Both the position numbers and the translations under genes were made by a program. DNA of 64,000 nucleotides from Paragordius varius (Eukaryota; Animalia; Nematomorpha), in contig OZ176054.1 in assembly GCA_964247055.1 (NCBI GenBank), forward strand, positions 10,850,001 through 10,914,000, read 5' to 3'. Under the pieces are notes generated by a model. That model was not told the origin of the DNA. It made no database searches and was given only the letters and a program-made list of their open reading frames with translations. The stretch's first letter is position 1. The number at the start of each line of letters is the position of its first letter. Below are positions 54,503 to 64,000 of the stretch, in pieces.

Positions 54503-55666
54503 CAGGGATCGGCAAGCTTTTAGCAACGTTTTCCACTTTGGAAAAATATCCAACTGGGCCGCACATTAAAATGTAACTAGTTAATGCTTTTATATTATTA
54601 ATGAATTTGCAATTTATTTTATTTCAAAGCTGTTAAAATTTTATACTTTGTAAAATAAAAAAATAAGTTTAATCTTATGAAACACCTATATATCTAAAAA
54701 ATAATGCAATGAATTTGAAAAGGAGCCTGTATATTTAATTCTTTTAATTTCTCATTAATCAGGCCAATCAAAACCCGTTATTTTCTTTTCCCCATCAGTG
54801 GTTACATTTTTTAATTGCTCCATTTGACATCGTTCATATTGAAACATCTAATAGTTTGCAAGAGATATCTTCACCTCTTGTTTTCTCCTGTAGACTTTTT
54901 ATTGCAGAAAGTTCTTCTGCTACACAGAATGTTTCTCAATTCCTCGGATAAAAATTAACGAGCATTTCTTATGTCATGGCTTTTATCGAGCACTATTGAG
55001 AAGTATTCAAATCTGGAGGCAATTTCTTTTAATTTTTGAACCCTATTGGCTGATATATTTTCGATTCGTCGAACATTGGTAGGTGACAACAAGCTAAAAA
55101 CTTAATTTCTTTAGCATATTTGTTTGAGACAACAAGGTGGCACTTTTTATAAACTCTCCTTCGATACAACGGTTTATTGTGTTCTGCATCAATTTCTCTA
55201 TATTAAAGGAAGTTTTAATTAAGCGGAATTTTTCTGGCTTCTAAAGCTTCAATTTTCTTTTGTCTGAACTGAAATGAATATTTATCATATTAATTATTAT
55301 TTCATAGTTACGACGCAATTAAATTTTAAACACATTCGTTAATTCTTTGAATATAAAGCATAGCTTTGTTGTAGGTTTTAAAAAAATCACAAATAATTAC
55401 ATTAAAATCGTGGTTTTATTTTTTCATTTTCTTTTGACATTTTATTAATATTTCGATTATATATATCTATTTATTTACCAATGAATTAAGATTATTACTT
55501 TCTTTTTCAAGGATTCATTCACGGTTAATGTGAGCATATATATACCAGCAGAAACTGGTCATATACATACCTAGGAGATGTTTATTTAATTTGTGAACAA
55601 AAATTTTTGCACTTTATTCTTCAAGACTTTTTAAAAGAATTATTGGGACGCACGTTGCCGACCCTA
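54503..55666 (-). mobile_element. Internally deleted hAT element
   Basis: CAGGGATCGGCAA / TTGCCGACCCTA ends, degenerate TSD (TTCTATAG/TCCTATAC), and remnant EELSAIKSLQEKTRGEDI...LKNVTTDG. Confidence 0.72.
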
Positions 55667-56149
55667 TCCTATACGAACCAATAATTTTGTTAACCATTAT
55701 TGTAATTATGTAGTCTGATATTTTTTTCGAGAATATTGCGTAAGCCAGGCTATTTTATATGGCCTCCTAATTAACAAAATTTGGTTCTACACAAGGACTA
55801 ATTTAAAAAAACGATTGATCATATTTTTCGTTTGCGAAATACACATCCACCCTGGAATCCATATTTTATATGGTGTCGCATTTGACATATAGCGGACATC
55901 CCCAGAGGCTTCAATTAGCACTGTACCTGGCAATTTAAACCAATATCATTTATAACTTAAAACCCTTATTAGAAGTACGTGGTCTCATATTTAAAGGGCC
56001 ACGTTAGTTGGGTGTGATGTTTGAGTTTTATCAAGCGAAGCGCTGGAAATTTGCCTATGCTGGAATCACACTTAAATTTTTATACATCATATTCTATGCT
56101 TATAAGTTATATGCTCCTAGAGAAGGCATATATTGAAGTAGTGAAAAAG

Positions 56150-56640
56150 TACTTAATTTAACATTTTTTGATGCTAAAATTTTGGAGTTCAAGAGCTGAT
56201 AAATAATAGGATGAGTAAGTAGTCGATGACCAAATTAATAAAGATATGGTAAAAAGGTTTACGATTCAAACAATTGGTTTTCCGATCACCACATATAAGA
56301 TTGAGGGTTAGTTTTTAATAAAAGACGAATTTATCATACCTTTTGGGAGTGCCGACGTAGAATGCTTGGATATAGCTGTAAAGACAGAATAATAAATAAA
56401 AAGCTAAGCAAACCGATTAAAACAAATATCTTAGAGATAATTTAGAAAAGATGTTAACAACATATTCTAGTCGCGTTATGTGGTTCAATACACTTAGAGA
56501 AATTCATGTTTAGATTTGTAGAAGGGCAAGGCCACAGATGAGGTGGTTTATCATTACAAAAGAGCCAACTAAGATATTGAGAGTTTCGAATATAGCGGTG
56601 GAAAATGGGAAGAAATGAAAGTCAATGCACACAATATCCA
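56150..56640 (+). mobile_element. RTE LINE 3' fragment
   Basis: TFWECRRRMLGYSCKDRIIN and GRPQMRW resemble RTE C-terminal motifs. Confidence 0.6.
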
Positions 56641-57223
56641 TAAAGTCAATTCTTAAACAAACTAGCCATAGATAAGTTGCTATTAGATTTTACAGATTAG
56701 TAAATTTTGATAAGAAAACATAAACTAACATTAACAATACCGTTCAAAAGATGTAATAAAATCTGCTTCCTTAATTCGCGTATATTTATATATTAATACT
56801 TTTAAATTTAAATACTATTTTGACATTATAATATTAAATTACTTTAGAGACATCTTACCTATCTTTTTTATATTTAATATCAACATGTATTTTCACAGGT
56901 ATTAGAACACGTAATATATGGACTTTTTCGCCACGTATTAACATAACAGACATTTTTTAAATAAAACAGATTTTTTATTGTTAAAATATCAAATTTAATG
57001 CCTTAATTGGATTAAAAACTAAGGCGGAATCATACACCAGTTAAACATATAAAAACAGCACCATCAATGGAATTCTTTGAAAATGAAATGATCAAAATTT
57101 ATACACTCTAAAATGCTAGTTTATTGATAGAAACACTTCGAAAATTAATTACAACTATTTTTAAAAAATTTTAACGGCTATCAGAGCAGAACAATAGCTC
57201 TGATTTTAGGCAAAGTTTATATA

Positions 57224-57885
57224 CCATTTGCACTTCAAGCGTGTCCTTGAACATTTCGAGTTGGTCCTTTAACAGTTCAAGTTGGTCCTTGAATATTTCA
57301 AGTTGGTCCTTGAACATTTCAAGTTGGTCCTTGAACACTTCAAGTTGGTCCTTTGACTTTTTTGTTTTGTTTTTAACTTTTATCAATTAAATATATCATT
57401 CGTTTATTATTAACCTATTTTCTATTATTTACATTATTTTTAAATCAATATAAACTTTTATTCATTCAGAAACCGTATATCTTTATTATATTTAAATTAT
57501 TTAAAAATTTATAATAATTTGACACGTAATTGAAAAAATATACAAGTTTTTTGGGTTCTACTCACAATTTTTCATTGAAACATTTAAAAATTAATAATTT
57601 TTTTAAATTAGAAAAAAATTAGTTTGAAACAAAAAAGTGGTTTGTGAATAAAATTTTATTTTTAAATGAATAAATACATAATAAATAAAGAAAATTAGGT
57701 TAAAAAATAATAAAATAAAAAATAAATCAAATATTATGATTAAATCAAAATTATAAAATTTTAACCAACTTGAAATGTTCAAGGATCAACTTGAAGTGTT
57801 CAAGGACCTGCTTGAAATGTTCATGGACCAACTTGAACTGTTCAAGGACCAACTTGAAGTGTTCAAGGACACTCTTGAAGTGCAA
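57224..57885. mobile_element. MITE family A, second copy in opposite orientation, right end clipped
   Basis: TA|CCATTTGCACTTCAAG; 21-bp arrays that produce the spurious KDQLEMF/LEHFKLV ORFs; interior is the reverse complement of 10998-11657. Confidence 0.85.
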
Positions 57886-57897
57886 GTTGGATACATA

Positions 57898-58922
57898 CCA
57901 TTTCCCAGTCAAACGAAAAATTTTCCTAATAAATAGAAACATTTCCCCAGTCAATCGAAATTTTTCCAGTCATTAAATAACGTTTACCCAATCAGTAAAA
58001 ACATTTTTTTTTGTCAATAAAAACGTTCTTATTTTTGATAATATCAAAATAAAATAAAAAATAACTTTAAACCTTTGTGAGCATATTAAAAAGATATTAT
58101 TTTATAAAAACACTATTGAATAATTTTCTCTATTATTATATGCCAATACACCATTAGTGACTTATTCTTTCATTTGATTAGATGAGTATTTTTTGGTTTT
58201 TATGATATTTTTATGAAAATATCTGTAAGATTTTTCATATTTTTTATTTTATCGATAGTTCGCAGTTATATATTTGGGGATAACCTATTGTAAATAGCTA
58301 TAGTTTCGGAAATTATAGAATTGAAAATCCATTTTTATCTCAGGTTGGTCGTTTAACAATTTAAAATGATTCTGAACATTTAAAACTTGCGTACCATATT
58401 TATATAATATATTTATATTTATTAAAATAATTAAATAAATATTTGATCTAAAAAAATTGTTTGCTACACACAAGCTTAAATAATAATTTGAAGTGTTAAA
58501 CGATCAACTTGAGATGAAAATGATATTTTTTTAATTTTATAATTTCATCCGAAAGTATAGATATAGGAGGTTATCCCCGATTATTAATGCGAACCATCGA
58601 TAAAATAGAAAAAAATATTAAATCATCCTAAAAACCATAAAATACTCAATCATTTGCTAAAATATGACATATATATATATATAATTGCGTATTGGCATAA
58701 ATAATATTCTTATTAGTGTGCTCTTAAGGATTAAAAGTAATTTTCATATTTTGTTTTGATATTTATCATCAAACGCTTTTATTGACTAGGAAAACGTTTT
58801 TATTGATTGGAAAAATGTTTTTATTGACTGGGAAAATGTTTCGATTAACTGGGAAAACGTTTCGATTGATTGGGAAAATATTTCGATTGACTGGGAAAAC
58901 GTTTATTTTGACTGGGAAACGG
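57898..58922. mobile_element. Foldback family B: ~1-kb near-complete palindrome with 21-bp subterminal arrays
   Basis: TA|CCATTTCCCAGTCAA...TTGACTGGGAAACGG|TA; unit ATTGACTGGGAAAACGTTTCG; the arms stay complementary to about 58400/58450. Confidence 0.8.
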
Positions 58923-59194
58923 TATATTATAGCTAAAAATACCATAGCCACAATACATTTTCTTTGCATTTTTTCATATAAGGCGCTTAACCCTATTTTT
59001 TTCTGAAAAAACCTTCATTGGATCCCTAATTTAATATGAAGTTTTGGGTGTTTAGGCAATTTTTTACCGGGTTTCAAAGTTGGTGAGTTTTTCCAAAAAT
59101 TCTTTATTTTTAAGTTAACATATATGAAAATTTTAACTAGCTATCATTAGTTATTTTATGATCCGAAAAAGCGTAAGGTGATATATTTATTAAC

Positions 59195-59313
59195 TTTGTC
59201 TGCAAAATTTGCCAGTATAGCCAAACGCACAAAGACAATGTCCATTATGGTCACATCTATGACTAACGGAATTCTTTTGACACAGGCAATCTTTGCGAGA
59301 AACAGCACAAGTT
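59195..59313 (-). CDS. Orphan exon encoding a laminin-type EGF-like repeat
   Basis: TTTAG|...|GT bounded, 119 nt: TCAVSRKDCLCQKNSVSHRCDHNGHCLCAFGYTGKFCRQ, with the C-x-C...CD..G.C.C..GYTG..C pattern. Flanking exons are not securely found. Confidence 0.6.
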
Positions 59314-62300
59314 CTAAATTTTATGACTTTGCAATCAGATTATCCTCTTATTTTTCGTTAAATAGCTGATAAATATCCTCAAAATACAAACTACTTTATA
59401 TGCCATTTGTTAAATTTAAACTCAAAATTTTTGTATTCTTGATTAAAAATGAGCAGTTATTGGAGGTCTGATAGCTCTTTTTAACTCCACAGGTGGCAAA
59501 ACTTTATAGAATTTAAAATTACAGTTTTAGCAAAAGCTATTATATTTATGGTGTTATATCATTGGTTACCCTTCAAAGGTATGCAAAAAACAATCTGTTT
59601 AAATAAATATACTCTTTTGTAAAAAAACGATTCAAGTAAATACTTATTTTTAAGATTTTTCCATAAACCTCATGTAATTTAATACTTTACCTCTTGCATT
59701 TATTTGTTCAACAGTGTTTAAGTTGTTCAAAAATATTAAGCCCTATAATACACTTTAAGGTTATTTCGAAGTTTATTATAACTAGAGATTATATATATAT
59801 TTTTTGGAATTACCTATGCTGTTTAATAACGAGTTATGATAGGTAAAAATTTTTTGTAAATTATAACCTTCACAATAAGTTAAAAAATTCCAATTTTCAT
59901 GATGCGGGTATTAAGCAATTTTTCCACAATCGGGCCATTGAGGAGCTACTATAATACCCTATTTTCAATGTATATATTTATTAAACATATCTTTTAGTTT
60001 AATGTTTGTTAAATTTTCTATAGTGCTAAACCCTTCAGAAATAAAACAGAAATGACTAATTGCGCACCAAAAACATTATTAATATTAGTAAAATTACAGT
60101 ATGAGTAAATATACAGTAAAAATTGAAGTTATACGGACAAAACCTAAAAATATAAAGACAAATATTTTTTATTTAGGACAACCATACTTTTTAAATAAAA
60201 CCTCAATTTTTCTTCTATAAGCTATGTAATTATAATAATAAATTGGAGAATTGATTATGTTAGTAATATATATCTCTGTTTCACTCTTTGCCATTTAAAA
60301 CAATGCGCTATATTGAAATAAATTAAGATTTTGAAAGTATGCTTGTCTTTTTTGTCTTTATATTTTTACTTTTTGTCCGTAATTTCAGTTACTGTACTAT
60401 GCTAGCTTTATATTAAATATTGCCAGATTTATGCTGCAAATACCAGTAGTGGCTAAGGAAAAGCAGATAGTCAACTATATGCGTGGCTAATAATAATGGC
60501 CTTTGCATTAATTACCTGGCAATAATAAATAAAATCTAGCACAATGTATATTTGTAAATTGATTGTTAACTAAATGTCCAAAAATTTTGATACGCCTCTA
60601 GCGTCTGATCATTTATTTTTTGACCATGGTCATTTAAAAAACAGCTGTTTTTTGAAACTGATAAATTTTATTTGGAAGAGAGATAGTAAGATTTGATTTT
60701 TTTAATAAATTTTTTAAAAATTATAAAATTTAATATTTAAATATGCTTATTTGACAATATATAATTGTTAAACATGCATCCTTATGATATTAGCATTTTA
60801 GCATATCCAGTTATTTCGAAAAACAAACAACTTTGCAAAATATGCAATTATTCCATATATCTGAACCAATAAAATGAAAATCATTTTATAATTGGATATT
60901 TTAATGTTGAAAGAAAGTTGTAAAGCAAACTAGGTAAAATTTTATTTGATATATCCAGTATTAAAAGCTATATATTTGAAGATTCAGAAGGCTATAAACC
61001 TGCGGCAAAATTTTACAAAAACAGAATTCTTGATTAAATTTGTTCAAAATATATTTGTAAATAATAAATATAAAAAAGGTATAACACAAATTTTTAAGAA
61101 ATATCATGACATTAGTGAAACGCAAGTGTCATCCAAACATTATTTTCAGAATCCAATATCGCATGATATTTATTCAAGTGGGTCATGACCATCGTCTGAT
61201 TGGGTCTGACCGGACTTTTTTGAAAAAGCAGTCAAATGCACAACCCTATACTCCTCTATGGTCGGAAATTAAATTAAAAATATCACACACTAAAAAATAC
61301 ACTTCCCGCTAAATTACTTACGAGAATTTTATATCTAAATTTTTTATCGCTCTCAAAATTAACAAAAAATAGTTTGAATTTCGATACAATTTATGTTGAC
61401 CCTATTGGTGTGTTTTCGGTTAAAGATAAACGGCTACAAACTTAGGAAAAAAATGAAGTAAATTTTAACTGTTGAGGTGTCAAAACCGAAATTAGGGAGG
61501 GCGCAAAACGGACCACGTTAGTTTTATCTAATTGGAACTGGGTTTAGCTGTAACTAGCTAGACGTTTTGGTATAAAAAGATTTTGATTTTGTCTCAAGGC
61601 CTACTATTTATGTAAAAGACAAAAGTTGTTGTCCGTTTTTATTGATTATAAATATATACTAATAATAATAGCGCTAAATTATTATAAAGCTAAATATTCA
61701 CGTAGATATCTCTTACAATGACATAAAAAGTTACTTCTTCATGATATAGTTAATTCCAGTACTTAAAAAATTTCACGCCAAATCCGGAGAAGGATACGGC
61801 AAATTATACAAATATAATTTTTTAAAAATAAATAATTCAGTGGTGTAATTAAGCCCCCTTTCCCCTACACAAATTATCTTAAGACCACTGCAAAAACTAT
61901 ACAGATAAACTCCAATATAAAAATTAAAAAGCCCTTATTTATCACAACCCGAAACGCTTCGCGTAAGACCGTTAGCCTTGTAGGATATGTAATTATTAAA
62001 AAAAGGTTAAAAAGATTAACAATAAAAACAGGTGAGATTGGTTGTTTTAATATTTATTTTGAAAGATATAATGTATTACAATATTATTTAGTGAGTGCAT
62101 CTCCAAGGACAAAATAGTGATTAGATTTTTTATAACAAATACTTTGAAAAGTTGTGTAAATAAAGTAATTAATACCAATTAATGATGGATTTAATTTTCT
62201 ATAAAAACCTTTGGCTTTTTTATATTATGCAGCTACATATTTTATCCCAATCCCAAAAGTATAAATAGGTCCCAGGCTTTATAATTATTTCATATCTTAA

Positions 62301-62323
62301 TTTTAAGTTTTAAAATAAATAAT

Positions 62324-62920
62324 ATGCAATCCATCTTTTTAATCCTATTCTCTGGTAAGATTTGTGATAAAACACACCGTAGTTATAACCAGGACACAAT
62401 TTATTTATATTATTAACTTCCAGAATTTTTTAAATTTGTAAGTATTGTATACAGTATTTTATTTAAAACTTTTGTGTGATTTTAGTTTTGTATTTGGAAT
62501 TCGTAAACGGTCAAACATGTTTGGGGCCCGATTTTACCGGCTACCGTAGAGTATCATGCCAAAGGTAAACTATTTCTACTTATATTTTGTAGGTTACATT
62601 TTAAATACTCTTTTTTGATATATTTATTATCATAAATTTACAGAGGAACCCCAAGATGCCGAAATGGAGCACGATTTGAAACGTGTGGAGTGGTTTATAT
62701 TTTAACCTTTTTTGTCCTTTTTTAACGTTTAATTTTGGCTATTTAGCAGTCTTGCAAATTAAACGAAAATATAGCATCAAAAATTGGTTTGGCTATGATT
62801 TTTCTAAACACTATTATGAAATATTAAATTAGGTTAGTCCTATAGGAAGCGTGGCAGCTAACATTGAAAAGTGCCAAGAGTTGAACGATGATGTAGAATA
62901 TCAAGTCGTTCTACCACAAG
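62324..62920 (+). CDS. Secreted cysteine-containing protein of unknown family; first four coding exons, 3' end unresolved
   Basis: Exons 62324-62354, 62486-62564, 62644-62692, 62833-62920 have canonical, phase-matched GT-AG junctions and give MQSIFLILFSVLYLEFVNG-QTCLGPDFTGYRRVSCQRGTPRCRNGARFETCGVVSPIGSVAANIEKCQELNDDVEYQVVLPQ. Splicing assembles a coherent signal peptide. Confidence 0.7.
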
Positions 62921-63795
62921 GTATGCATTTGCATATAATTTATAACTATCAAAAATGATTATAATGGTTGTACCTTGTTTTATAATTTTCGGCTTAGTAA
63001 GGAATAATTTGTTATGCATAAATTAGTATTACTTAACTTGATTACCAAATTATTCTTAAATTATTGTAAATCGAGCGAACGATACCCGGAAAAATACATT
63101 TCATTTCATGCTTCCTGGAAATAAGTCAAAACCTAATACTGCATGACAAGATGGGTTAAAAAATATATTCGTTTGAAATTTTTTTACCTTGCTCATAACG
63201 TTATGAAATCTACTGTTATTAGTATGCTATGAAACTAATTTGATTATAAGGTAAATTGTTTGAATTACTGCAATGAGCTGCCAAACAGGTAAAAAAATTG
63301 ATACTATTTTTAAATGATTGTAATGAATGACTATGTGCTTAGATCATACATTTTAAATGTTGTATTCCTACTTTATTAAACCGAACTCATTCTTAAAAAG
63401 TACCAGCACTTTAAATCAATAAATGTTTCCAATACCGAAATTAACTAATACCACATTTTAATATAACAGAATGAGCACCTTAAAATTTGCTGGATATCTA
63501 TGATAATATGGTTTATAATCTATTGTTTCCTTAATATATTCCGAAATATTTGTAAAGTCTTCAATGATAACACAAAAAATTATAATTACAAAAACACTGT
63601 TTGTTATCCTATTCACATTTAGGCTGAAAACGTCTGTTGTAAAATTTAGGGATTATATAAAATATTAAAATACAGTCATGTATCTTTTATCAAAAATTTT
63701 TTGTTAAATGGGTATAAATTTTGTTGAATGAAAAAAAACGAGCTCTATGGTATTTAATAATTCATATTCATCAAAAAAAGTAAAAAAGTTTGCGG

Positions 63796-63920
63796 GAAAG
63801 GCGTCGAAAATCTTATATTGTAAATTCCGTGCTCTTTTAACATAAAATTTAAGATGAAGGGTTAGTTGTTAGTATAAATTAGTATAACACATTTTTACCA
63901 TATAATTTTCGACGCCTTTC
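63796..63920. repeat. Small inverted-repeat element (16-bp perfect TIR)
   Basis: GAAAGGCGTCGAAAAT at 63796 and ATTTTCGACGCCTTTC at 63905. Confidence 0.55.
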
Positions 63921-64000
63921 TTCCACACTTCTTTTACTTTTTGTGAATATAATATTGTTAAATGCTAATAAAGCTCTAATTTTTCCGATCTTTAGCAAAT

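Noticed and set aside
57171-57976. Heptad-repeat ORFs (KDQLEMF, LEHFKLV, CSRTNLK) that look like coiled-coil proteins
   Set aside because: They are translations of the 21-bp subterminal arrays of MITE family A, open on both strands and duplicated at 11 kb.
58769-59006. Repetitive ORFs (FPVNRNI / LTGKTFR)
   Set aside because: Translations of the family B 21-bp array.

Overview
Very AT-rich (roughly 25% GC by eye) eukaryotic, almost certainly metazoan, genomic DNA using the standard code. Most entries in the ORF track are noise or exon fragments. I reconstructed by hand three conserved multi-exon genes: POP1 (RNase P/MRP subunit, minus, 1-3871, 3' end beyond the window), CP110/CCP110 (plus, 26465-35571, about 994 aa) and 4E-T/EIF4ENIF1 (minus, 39097-48229, 5' exon not located). 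There is also an unrecognised secreted Cys-rich gene (plus, from 62324), an orphan laminin-EGF exon and a few small candidate ORFs. The rest is dense, decayed transposon material: RTE LINEs, mariner, hAT, a Penelope GIY-YIG fragment, Chapaev3-like, piggyBac-like and several foldback/MITE families. The most striking signal is the intron architecture. Six GT-AG introns of only 22-28 nt are needed to restore conserved POP1 and CP110 motifs. They sit at the 5' ends of those genes, none has a length divisible by 3, and they coexist with TE-filled introns of 0.1-3 kb; no mapped intron falls between 29 and 78 nt. No rRNA, tRNA or CRISPR array was found.
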